From positions 62,001-126,000 of the forward strand of contig NMRA01000481.1 in the NCBI GenBank assembly GCA_002633005.1: DNA of 64,000 nucleotides. The letters are read 5' to 3'. The stretch is from Phoronis australis. Its lineage: Eukaryota > Animalia > Phoronida. This document shows positions 53,301 to 60,194 of this stretch, in pieces. The notes beneath the pieces were generated by a model that had not been told where the DNA came from, did not search any database, and saw only the letters and a program-made list of their open reading frames with translations. The position numbers and the translations under genes were made by a program. How positions within the stretch are numbered: position 1 is the first letter of the stretch; every line of letters begins with the position of its first letter.

Positions 53301-56300
53301 AACATTGCTATGGTTCTTTAAATAATCATGTCATTTTCGCTTCATGAAACTGCTGAGTTGTTTCATAAAATCATAAGTCTTATCATGGGCAGCGCACCAT
53401 AGGGGGCTGGGTGGGGGCTATAGCCCCCACTTTTTTAGTGGTACGCCGCGCATGGTCTATAGGCAATGAACCAAGGGGGCCTGAGGGGGCTTTAGTGCTG
53501 CGTCGCCCATGCTTATTTTTGATGGCCATTGACTTTTAAAAACAATTCTTAACAGTGTTTTTGACAACAGTCAATACAGCATACCGTAGTATCTGAAAGT
53601 GGCCTCCGCTGGCATGTTAACGAACGGAAGGAACCATCATAAGTGCAATGAATTGTGGGAAGGCAGACAAATTTCTAGTCAACAGCTGGCAAGAAAGGAC
53701 TTCCCATTATTCTTCATTCCAGTATGCACAAGAGGACCGATCAACAGAGCCGTACTAAAACAAGTGTAATTTGAATGTTTCACTAATATTCACTGAAGAT
53801 GTGACTTTTTACAGCATTTAGGTGAATATGACATCCCAGTGCACCTCATTAAACATTTGCAGTTTTGTTGCAAATCACTGACAGTCTGAATTAGACCACT
53901 TGATGTAAAAATTGATCCAAATGGCTTGCTCTTTATCTCACACTAGAAGAGATTTGTGGAAATGGCAAGAACTTTCCAATGATAGCTGAAGACACAGCTT
54001 ATAACAAGAGCAACGCGCCCACGACTGCATCCCATATGGTGTGCTTCCAGGAATGTTTATTTGCATTATAAAAAAGGCCATTAGATAGCACATTGAACTC
54101 ACACAAAAATGGAAAGGTGTCGTGGTCTTTCAAAACTATTTGCCAAATTTCATGAAAATCCGTCAAAGAACTTCTAAGATACAAAACCAAACGTAAAAAA
54201 ATGCCAATAGGATACACAGCCGTAGTCAAATCCGTTGATCTGCTGTCAAGTTCATAGGAATACAATCACGAAATGTCAGAAACATCTTGCAAGGGGTTTA
54301 GGAGACACAGCCGTAGATGCAAAAAATGTCATTAGGGGGCACCACAGTAGTTGGACCCATTTGAAAATCCATGTCAGTCATGTTCTTGACAGTAGGAACA
54401 TATCTGCCAATTTTCATAATGATCCTCTGCAGTTTTATAGATACATACGACAAAAAAGATAATAGAAATGACCGCTAGTTGGTAAAGAATAAGTCGAATC
54501 CATCACAAAAAGGAGAAGTGCTGTCATCTTCACAACAGAAACTTGTTCACCAACTTTCATGAAAAAGCATCAAGGAACTCAGCTAAAAAGACAAACGCAA
54601 AAATAAAGTTTCCACTAAGCACAGCTGACTAGACACAACTTATAAAAAAGTTTAGAGCGACATGGAACTAAGAAACAAAGTCACTCCTGCCAAGGCACAT
54701 ACACCTGTTTTGTAGTAACTGTTCTAGAAATCATTTTTGAAGCAGTTACATAAAAGAGCCACACTCGGCTTTAGGGCTAAAAACACATCTTTGACAAGGA
54801 TAGACTTCTTGAATGTATTACAGTAGCTTTGACCAGACCTGTAAAACACCAAAATCCATCGTTTTTGTGGTTCTACTAGAAATCACAGATTCTCAAGGTT
54901 GGCTTCCAGTCATTTAGTAGAATTAACTGAAACTGAGGCCAGTGACCATATCAGTTAGCTCATTTACAATAGCAACAGACTTAGACACACTGAGGCCATG
55001 GGTTCGACCTCAAATTGCCGCATTCTTTTAACCAGAGGGCTACAAAACTGGATAGTCCACGGCAAAAAATACTGTAAATTTTGGGGTGGCCACCAAGTGG
55101 AAATTAGGAGCCCCACTTAATTACTAACTAAATGAATCCCGTTTCAGTGTCATGATGGTTAGACCCATCATTCCAGCTTTTGCTATATCAGTACGACAGA
55201 TCGCTCCGGGTCATTTTGACCACTGACCAGTGATCTTTGACATGTATCGTAAACTGACTCTCTGCTGCAAAATCCAAGATCAGGCAATTGCTAGGCACGA
55301 AGCTGACAGTGATCAAGCTCGCTAGTTATATCTACATATTGTGGGAGTTAATTCCCCTGCAATGCCCTATCACTGGGTAAATGGATATCAATGACTAGAG
55401 GTTGAGACATAAACAATGAAATATGGTGAATTGAAGGGCTTCATACATAACAAGAGGCTGGCTAGTTAAAAACCAACATGTTGTTATAGTATATATATAT
55501 AGATTTTACTATTTTTATTGCTTCACAAATTTATGGCACCTCATAAAAGAAATTTTCAATGTCATAAGAGTATAATACCTAAATTGACATGGGACTGACC
55601 AGTACTAGGCTGGAAGTTAATATCAAAAGGACAAATATTATTCTAGGTAAATCAGTCCACAAGTTCATGCGGGGGGGAGGGGNAATAATAATGAAATAAT
55701 GTAAGCAAAAAATATCCACAATCTTTCTGCCTGGAAAATTTGAAAGAGGGGAAAATTGCCATGTCTGACCTAGCAAAGGTTCAATTCTGAAAATGTAAAA
55801 TGGATACTATCTTGTGAGACTTTTACTACCTCAGTCCTTCCATTCATCCTGGATAACTCAATGTCACTTTGTATGGATTTCCCACGTCTCTCTTCAGAGT
55901 TGACTTTTGCCAGCCAGGACACACTTCAAACTTCAGCCATGTTTCAAGACAAGTAATCGTACGCAAAATGGTCGTAGTACCATCATGGTACAATCGTAGG
56001 GACTTTAGTGACACACCGCAATCACTTATTTGAGTAGGCAAGTCCAACAAAGAGCGAAAAAGTAACGTCTTGATTCGTTAAGCTACTCTTATCTAATCAC
56101 CATCAGCTTGCTTAACGTGTATGGATGTGAAATCGCATGTCGTCCACTGAACCAAGACTTTAAATTTCTTCACCTGAGTAAGGACCAAGTTAAGACCAAA
56201 TTTTATACCGATGAGAGGTCAAAATAAAAAATTTTGTTCCTTTGCAGCTTCAAATAGCGCGTGCTCTTGAGGCGTCTTCTTGATTAATTTCAGTAATTCT

Positions 56301-56888
56301 TTACACAATATGGCAGGCAAGTAAAATTTCTTTTCCAAATCTCTCAACACAAAATAAGAAAATTTTAGTCTATTGCTGGCTTGGTTAAAACAACATTAGG
56401 CAAAGTGTCCATTATGATATGGAAATAGTGGTTACAGACCGTGCTACACCAAGACTAGGCTGCAAGGTGCTTATTGTCTCTCAAGACATCAAAGGAATTT
56501 TTGTGACAGCAAGGTACACCCCAGTCAAGCAGCAAGTCAAGCCTATTCATAAAGATGTGCCCAAACAGCAAAATGACTGGCAAGAACAATTAGGTCGGCC
56601 GAAAGTCTGATTACAAAATGGTTTCGCCACCTTACGAACATTAGTGTTAATACCATTCATTCTCGGTCATGAGCGAGGGCTAAGACGGGGAATTCCGGGT
56701 CATTTTGCCTGAATGCTTTTGGTTTGTACTGTACTTACTCTTTGCTTTGTGTGGCTTCTTGGACGACGGCTGCCACCGGATTTCCGTCAGGTCGTTGTCG
56801 ATGGAGAAGAATCGTGGGTACTGGCGACTGTTGGAGCGCACCTTGATCAGTTCACAGCCACCCTTCATTAAGGTCAGACAGTCGTGGG
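8970..56888 (-). CDS. PLCL2: Phospholipase C-like protein (PLCL1/PLCL2, PRIP family), 24 coding exons, about 996 codons, 5' end outside the window or unrecognised
   Basis: Continuous spliced ORF: PH ([38 protein letters not shown]), EF hands, X box ([33 protein letters not shown]), Y box ([33 protein letters not shown]), C2 ([22 protein letters not shown]), and the PRIP-specific tail ([31 protein letters not shown]). Probably co-orthologous to vertebrate PLCL1 and PLCL2. Confidence 0.95.
10194..10289 (-). CDS. PLCL2: PLCL exon ([32 protein letters not shown])
   Basis: tttttag acceptor; weak donor CAG|gtcttt chosen because it yields KQ|[10 protein letters not shown] like vertebrate KQIHFAAVSCGL. 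Confidence 0.82.
10869..10961 (-). CDS. PLCL2: PLCL exon (LLRIHQAG...[10 protein letters not shown])
   Basis: ttctag acceptor, AAG|gtaagc donor. Confidence 0.9.
12063..12116 (-). CDS. PLCL2: PLCL exon ([18 protein letters not shown])
   Basis: tttcag acceptor, AAG|gtaact donor; AVYEK matches vertebrate PLCL. Confidence 0.87.
12891..13044 (+). mobile_element. tRNA-derived element (SINE-like head plus the same arm as 8546-8762)
   Basis: Acceptor-like stem GTCCCGAC/GTCGGGTAC, A box CAGTTCAGTGG, stem TCTGC-acagtta-GCAGA, GGTTCGAT; tail AGAAATCTT..GACTTAT..GGTCACATGATGTGGTCAACAAGTGGCGTGC..CCAGACT. Confidence 0.75.
13572..13640 (-). CDS. PLCL2: PLCL exon ([23 protein letters not shown])
   Basis: tttcag acceptor, GCC|gtaagt donor, phase 0/0. 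Confidence 0.87.
14411..14494. mobile_element. Tiny TA-flanked Tc1/mariner-type MITE
   Basis: TACAGGGGTCCCACATTTTGAGAACCAG ... CTGGTTCTCAAAATGCGGACCCCTGTA inverted arms. Confidence 0.7.
14585..14770 (-). CDS. PLCL2: PLCL exon, C-terminal domain (...[27 protein letters not shown]...)
   Basis: tttacag acceptor, GAG|gtatga donor. Confidence 0.93.
15023..15341. repeat. Minisatellite: six 48-bp units made of four 12-bp subunits
   Basis: (ATAGGACACCGT ATGGGTTATTGT ATAGGACACAGC ATAGAACATCGT)x6 at 15047-15334. Confidence 0.95.
15935..16036 (-). CDS. PLCL2: PLCL exon ([14 protein letters not shown]...[11 protein letters not shown])
   Basis: gtgtag acceptor, AAG|gtgagt donor; resembles vertebrate KPHKRGLSVRKG...IKTVDEVFK. 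Confidence 0.92.
17105..17202 (-). CDS. PLCL2: PLCL exon, C2 end (GFRHIQLLS...[14 protein letters not shown])
   Basis: tttcag acceptor, GGG|gtaggt donor. Confidence 0.95.
17883..18029 (-). CDS. PLCL2: PLCL exon, C2 domain ([43 protein letters not shown]...)
   Basis: ctacag acceptor, G|gtatga donor. Confidence 0.95.
18860..18998 (-). CDS. PLCL2: PLCL exon, C2 domain ([24 protein letters not shown]...RTRTISNN)
   Basis: ttgcag acceptor, G|gtatgt donor. Confidence 0.95.
19807..19985 (-). CDS. PLCL2: PLCL exon, Y-box end (SMNFQTP...[13 protein letters not shown]...PQILHVK)
   Basis: tcgcag acceptor, AAA|gtgagt donor. Confidence 0.95.
20417..20596 (-). CDS. PLCL2: PLCL exon, Y box (ELWSVNE...[27 protein letters not shown])
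   Basis: ttacag acceptor, G|gtaggt donor. Confidence 0.95.
21006..21510. mobile_element. MITE-like element with internal repeats (Harbinger/Tourist-like ends)
   Basis: GACCCTTTCATA ... TATGAAAGGCCC; internal GTTAAGCGTTCATACTG and GTTAACTG repeats. Confidence 0.45.
22159..22354 (-). CDS. PLCL2: PLCL exon, X-Y linker and Y start (GKKLP...EGHVTDEDE...[10 protein letters not shown])
   Basis: ctgcag acceptor, T|gtgagt donor. Confidence 0.94.
23239..23401 (-). CDS. PLCL2: PLCL exon, X-box end ([12 protein letters not shown]...[13 protein letters not shown])
   Basis: tttcag acceptor, AAG|gtagga donor. Confidence 0.95.
23883..24300. mobile_element. Kolobok-like non-autonomous element
   Basis: TTAA|AGCCTATCTT ... 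AAGTTAGGCT|TTAA. Confidence 0.55.
24445..24565 (-). CDS. PLCL2: PLCL exon, X box with second catalytic His ([24 protein letters not shown]...)
   Basis: ttttag acceptor, CA|gtaagt donor; His codon at 24522-24524. Confidence 0.95.
25069..25154 (-). CDS. PLCL2: PLCL exon, X box ([28 protein letters not shown])
   Basis: ctgcag acceptor, G|gtgagc donor. Confidence 0.95.
25364..25815. mobile_element. Non-autonomous DNA transposon, CAGGGCTC...GAGTCCTG ends, 5-bp TSD CTGTG
   Basis: Termini and identical 5-bp flanks read directly; subterminal TCGCCAA / TTGGCGA. Confidence 0.65.
26627..26744 (-). CDS. PLCL2: PLCL exon, X-box start with first catalytic His ([16 protein letters not shown])
   Basis: cgcag acceptor, AC|gtatgt donor; His codon at 26632-26634. 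Confidence 0.95.
27428..27521 (-). CDS. PLCL2: PLCL exon ([32 protein letters not shown])
   Basis: ttttcag acceptor, G|gtaagc donor. Confidence 0.94.
28394..28460 (-). CDS. PLCL2: PLCL exon ([22 protein letters not shown])
   Basis: tttcag acceptor, GGG|gtaagg donor, FLEAEQG motif. Confidence 0.93.
28816..28922. repeat. AT-rich low-complexity tract with CAATATTAATAA repeats
   Basis: About four 12-bp units at 28861-28912. Confidence 0.8.
30528..30727. repeat. Tandem repeat, 53-bp unit, about 3.8 copies
   Basis: CTCTCAAGTGA..AGC....CAGGGCTGAGAATATATCATTTCTCATAAGCTG at 30528, 30581, 30634, 30687. Confidence 0.92.
30784..30896 (-). CDS. PLCL2: PLCL exon, EF-hand 2 (EVDMNK...[10 protein letters not shown]...KPEMYFLLV)
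   Basis: ttgtag acceptor, CG|gtcagt donor. Confidence 0.92.
31268..31466. repeat. Degenerate minisatellite, ~20-22-bp unit GAGTGTCCACACTTA.., about 9 copies
   Basis: Repeats visible directly. Confidence 0.85.
32288..32364 (-). mobile_element. tRNA-derived SINE head
   Basis: Minus strand A box TGGCCTTGTGG and B box GGTTCGAGTCC with T-arm GTGGG/CCCAC; no proper cloverleaf. Confidence 0.65.
34004..34133 (-). CDS. PLCL2: PLCL exon, EF-hand 1 ([21 protein letters not shown]...IQQKLK)
   Basis: tttacag acceptor, AAG|gtgggt donor. Confidence 0.92.
34433..34816. mobile_element. Fold-back MITE with CAGGG ends, family copy 1
   Basis: Internal inverted arms (GACCAAAACTCCAG / CTGGAGTTTGGTC, TACAAAT / ATTTGTA); end GAATTTAGAGG..GGAATTGTTT..CCCTG shared with 47010-47397 and 45029-45075. 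Confidence 0.65.
34955..34994 (-). CDS. PLCL2: PLCL 40-nt small exon ([14 protein letters not shown]), PH-EF linker
   Basis: tttgcag acceptor, AG|gtaggg donor; supplies the required phase 1 to 2 shift and gives MRER-W, like vertebrate MRTSW. Confidence 0.82.
35110..35485. mobile_element. Degenerate copy of the Harbinger-like MITE family
   Basis: TGATTTTGAGTAAAAA..ACCCTGAGCCC end and CTCGAGTA..ATGG..TTACGT motif shared with 3186-3528. Confidence 0.5.
37105..37232. repeat. Short tandem repeat, ~53-bp unit, ~2.4 copies
   Basis: ATACTCA(T/C)GTA(A/G)ATT(G/A)G recurs three times. Confidence 0.7.
37603..37781. mobile_element. ~179-bp MITE-like repeat, copy 2 (intact TIRs)
   Basis: AATTGACCTATTGC ... 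GCGATAGGTCAATT; body matches 5788-5951. Confidence 0.75.
38623..38859. mobile_element. Non-autonomous DNA transposon, 14-bp TIR, 5-bp TSD GTGTG
   Basis: CATGCGCGCACCCA ... TGGGTGCGCGCTTG with GTGTG on both sides. Confidence 0.75.
40273..40797. mobile_element. MITE-like element with GAAACTTCG / GAAGCTTCG repeats
   Basis: GGTGCTTTTCACAT ... ATGGAAAACCACC ends. Confidence 0.45.
42251..42463 (-). CDS. PLCL2: PLCL exon, PH domain ([16 protein letters not shown]...[18 protein letters not shown])
   Basis: tttcag acceptor; donor A|gtacgt at 42250 (in-frame alternative A|gtaaca 6 nt upstream). Confidence 0.9.
44318..44355. repeat. (AT)n microsatellite
   Basis: About 19 dinucleotide units. Confidence 0.97.
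44840..45027 (+). pseudogene. Possible Penelope-like ORF remnant (region upstream of the RT domain)
   Basis: [16 protein letters not shown]...[14 protein letters not shown] resembles the PP..N..LE.YL...NL.KEE..AL..L segment before the ADKG motif; weak, from memory. Confidence 0.35.
45180..45449. repeat. Perfect inverted repeat, 125-bp arms, 20-nt spacer
   Basis: 45180-45304 is the exact reverse complement of 45325-45449. Confidence 0.97.
45363..45413 (+). ncRNA. Minimal hammerhead-ribozyme-like motif (U3-A8 variant); mirror copy on minus strand at 45216-45266
   Basis: TTTG-TTGATAA-A-GGAAGT tgtt ACCTCC-GAAA-AT-TT-CAAA: core boxes, stem II, palindromic mini stem III, 4-bp stem I. Confidence 0.5.
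45570..47006. mobile_element. 1.4-kb non-autonomous Tc1/mariner (pogo-like) element
   Basis: TACTGTAAACT ... AGTTTACGGCA ends; subterminal GTAATCGCCCA(T/C)CC repeats at both ends; three ~95-bp internal direct repeats at about 46195-46440. Confidence 0.65.
47010..47397. mobile_element. Fold-back MITE with CAGGG end, family copy 2
   Basis: Same layout and 3' end as 34433-34816. Confidence 0.6.
49018..51134. mobile_element. 2.1-kb non-autonomous TIR element with long imperfect, internally repetitive TIRs
   Basis: TATGAGGGG ... CCCCTCATA; ~150-200 bp of subterminal inverted similarity (CCTGTTT, AATTCAATTCTAT); interrupts the AAAATGGCCACTAG repeat array. Confidence 0.7.
51135..51970 (+). repeat. 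Degenerate tandem array, ~130-160-bp unit (AAAATGGCCACTAG..., AAGTTTCAT..AAATCC)
   Basis: Unit motif at about 51276, 51414, 51574, 51705, 51863; continues at 48700-49017. Confidence 0.6.
52581..52987. mobile_element. Harbinger/PIF-like MITE, best preserved family copy
   Basis: CTGGGCCCGGTCTCCAATCTTTTTACTC ... GAGTACAAAGATTAGAGACTGGGCCCTG; ~130-bp imperfect TIRs; CTG flanks. Confidence 0.75.
53384..53511. mobile_element. 128-bp MITE, 5-bp TSD CTTAT
   Basis: CATGGGCAGCGCA ... TGCGTCGCCCATG with CTTAT on both sides. Confidence 0.75.
54050..54640 (+). repeat. Second array of the ~135-bp repeat family
   Basis: CCAAATTTCATGAAAATCC and AAAATG.CA.TAGG motifs recur about four times; similar to 63140-63400. 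Confidence 0.6.
56739..56888 (-). CDS. PLCL2: PLCL exon, PH domain start ([27 protein letters not shown]...KKPHKAK)
   Basis: ttttcag acceptor, A|gtaagt donor, phase 1/1. Confidence 0.93.
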
Positions 56889-57608
56889 CTGAAAAAATAT
56901 GGAGTGGAATCTTCAGTGTAATATCGTTAACGCAGTGCTGAAGAAAATCCGACTGTGATGGCGAATTCACCCATTGCAAAACTTACAGCTGCTCACTAAT
57001 GAAGTCTCACTCATTTATTGCAAAATCTCACCAATTTCGGACAAAAAATTGCCAAAATTACCATTTTATCAGTTGTTAATGGCTTCCAAAACTTTTGTAA
57101 ATGACCACAATTTTCAAAATGTTGATATCTGTGGTACACAGCTAGACCACGGGAAAGTGTTAATTTGGTGCTACGCATTGTTAAGGAAAAATAAGAAAAT
57201 AAAAGTCACTTGTTCGCCATATTGCGTACCTTTAGACGAAGCTTTACTGTAACATGTACAGAGGTGGCACAGAAAATGCGAAGAACAGAGAACATAACAG
57301 CTTTATGGGGCAGGGAGACTAGCAAAAGGTGGAATTTTTATAGTATCTAGTTTCTCGACATTAGAATAATCTCTTTAGTACACTGCACAGCTATCGGTTT
57401 CATCATCCAATATGAAGATCGGACTGCCAATGCGAGGGACAAACCCAAAAATGGGATGTGGAGACCTCTTCAAACGGAAAGAATCAATCTTCAAATGGGA
57501 ACGACAGACCCAAAATGGGAAGAACCAGCTTATGATGGGAAGGACAGAAGAGTACAAATGTCAAACACTATTGTTAGATATTTTAGCATGCGATTATGTA
57601 GTGCAGCA

Positions 57609-58072
57609 CTGGCCTTTATCCAGGATTTCGAAAATAGGGTGTCTAAAATGGGGTTCCCAATATTCCAGGGCGTCCATAATTCCGACGCGTAACCCCCTAC
57701 CCTCAGCAATCCCCCCAAACATAGATTTTTTTACAAAAAAATGCATAGACCAAGGTTTTTACATCTAAGTGTTACAAAACAGCCTTCTGTAGTGAGCATT
57801 TTTAATAAAATATTGGTGTAGACCAAGACTTTTACAATGCTATCAACCAAGTGTGAGCATATATATTGTATATTTCTTCCTGCTTTGAAAGAAAGAGCCC
57901 CCACTGAACCTTCAGAGGCTTCCTAGTAATCATTACAATGTGTGTGTCCAAACTTGAAAGGTTCCTATCCACAGTGGGGTCCAAATGATACATTGGGCGT
58001 CCTTGCCAGAGGTTCATATTAGTGCTAGGGCGTAAATTTGGACGCCCAGGACATACGCTGCATTAAGGCCTG
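57609..58072. mobile_element. Possible hAT-like non-autonomous element
   Basis: CTGGCCTTTATCCAG ... CTGCATTAAGGCCTG; internal GGGCGTCC / GGACGCCC repeats; no TSD seen. Confidence 0.4.
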
Positions 58073-60031
58073 CACTCCGTGCAGTGCAGCAAACATCAGC
58101 TTGCAAAGTGGCCATTGTTTTTAGGAGAATTTAATTTTTACATGAAATTCAATTCTCTAGTTTTATAATGCAGGCACAATGAACATGCGTTCGACACACA
58201 CGATACAACAATTAGGTGCGATGGCTTTTATTAAGTCAATGCAAACTAATAGGACAAATAGTATGATCACTGAGCAAAATTCATTAATTGGGTCATCTTA
58301 AATGGAAAACTGAAGCCTTTTCCCTCTAATTCCTCAGGTCCTTCTCATTTTTGGGATTCGTCCTTCCCATCGACAGTCTAGAGTAAACATCCCACTGCAT
58401 GATAAAGCCTGATTTTGAGCAAAAATACACAAAAAAGTCTTACAAAAACATGAAAATGGCAGCTTTTGGCGATTACATCCGTTCAAATTTGAAAAAAAAC
58501 GCAGTCAAAGACAGAACTTATCGACATCTGTATATTATCCAGGATATGGAAATCCCCCCCCCCCCGAAAAATAGCTGGCCCATGCCTGCTCCAGGCATGT
58601 ATATACAGATAAACAAAATTCACCAGTGTAATAAACTGAAATACACATGTGGTGACATTAGCCCACATAAACCTGCAAGGTCAAGGTTTTATTATGATGG
58701 GCTTATGTTTCATGTCCAGTTACTGATTGTGTACATTGAAACACCTGTGAAATATGTAACCCAGTCAAGGCATAGTACAGTCTGGTACACACATAACTTC
58801 AACAAGTACAATCGTAAAAACAGATTGGCACACTCTACTGAGAGTCCACAGGTATAGTAGAGCAGTGTAAAAACAGGCCAAAAAGACATGATGGGTGCAA
58901 TGTTGTTTATTGTGTTCCACAAGATGTGCACTGCAAGTCCTTGAGATAAATGTTAGGAAAAGTGCCAGACCTGTGTTCTTTGTTACTATATCATATTCAG
59001 GACAGTCACTGCATGTGTAACACTCGATGTAAACTGCAACCATGCAAAATGTGGACTGAATGACTGTTTTTAACTTAAAACACTTAAGTGCCGCACACAC
59101 ACGCTAGAACAACTTACTCCTGGAACGTGTTGTGGCTAGGTTTGAGGACTGTGTGAACGCTATTGAAACTAGCACGATTTACTCCACTTGTGACAACTTA
59201 TCTCACCTTATCAAGGTAGGGTAACTGTTTTCAGGATACCTTGCGCCGCTTCTAATCACTATATGACCGCAAACATGGAGCAAGGCACAGTTGCAGCCAA
59301 ATACTGACAGGTCTTCTTTGGGGCCCAGTATTTGCATTAGCTGTTTATTGTCATGCACAAAGCGACAACTTCCGCCTAACCTCCGTTACCCGATATGTGT
59401 ATGTGTGGACGCTCCACTCAAAAGTGGGGTAAGTTGACTAGAGCAACTTGCTCCAGGGTAGGCTGCGGTGAGGACAGCACTTTAAGGACATAACTTCAAT
59501 CATACTCTAGGAATGTGCCCATTTGTCATGTTCTGCGTTGTTCAGCAGAGCCAGTGATACGTGCAAGTACGAACACACAACCAGTTGGGATTTTTTTCAC
59601 CAAAGCCATCAATTGCATATAAATACGAATAAAACCCAGCACGCCTCAACTAAGATTTAGTTCTAATGGCTAAACTAATCCCAGAATGATCCTGCTCTTC
59701 AGTAGCTTTGAACGTGGGGGCTGAGAAACTGCTTTGCTGCCATAGCGATCATAGAACACCAGAAAAGATTGGGTTATGTCTATTTTTAACATTGTCTTGC
59801 GGAAAGCTGATGAACAATTAGTGTTCACGCCAACATTAAACCATAATGATGATACCTTGCTAGATTTACGTTCAATAAAAAATGAAATCACAAGTGATCT
59901 GAGAAGCGCATAAAACGAGACCTTCAAATGAGTTACAGTATTATTGTTAGCCAATCATAGTGGTGGATCAAGCATTGAAACCAGTAATGAGGGTGGTTAA
60001 TCCCATGTTTTCAAGCACAGGAAATTTATAA

Positions 60032-60194
60032 NNNNNNNNNNNNNNNNNNNNNNNNNNNNNNNNNNNNNNNNNNNNNNNNNNNNNNNNNNNNNNNNNNNNN
60101 NNNNNNNNNNNNNNNNNNNNNNNNNNNNNNNNNNNNNNNNNNNNNNNNNNNNNNNNNNNNNNNNNNNNNNNNNNNNNNNNNNNNNNNNNNNNNN
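60032..60194. other. Assembly gap (163 N)
   Basis: Run of N; another single N at 55683. Confidence 0.99.

Noticed and set aside
57375-58857. Longer ORFs in the track (57412-57768, 58399-58857)
   Set aside because: No recognisable domain, no convincing splice context, partly overlapping repeat sequence.
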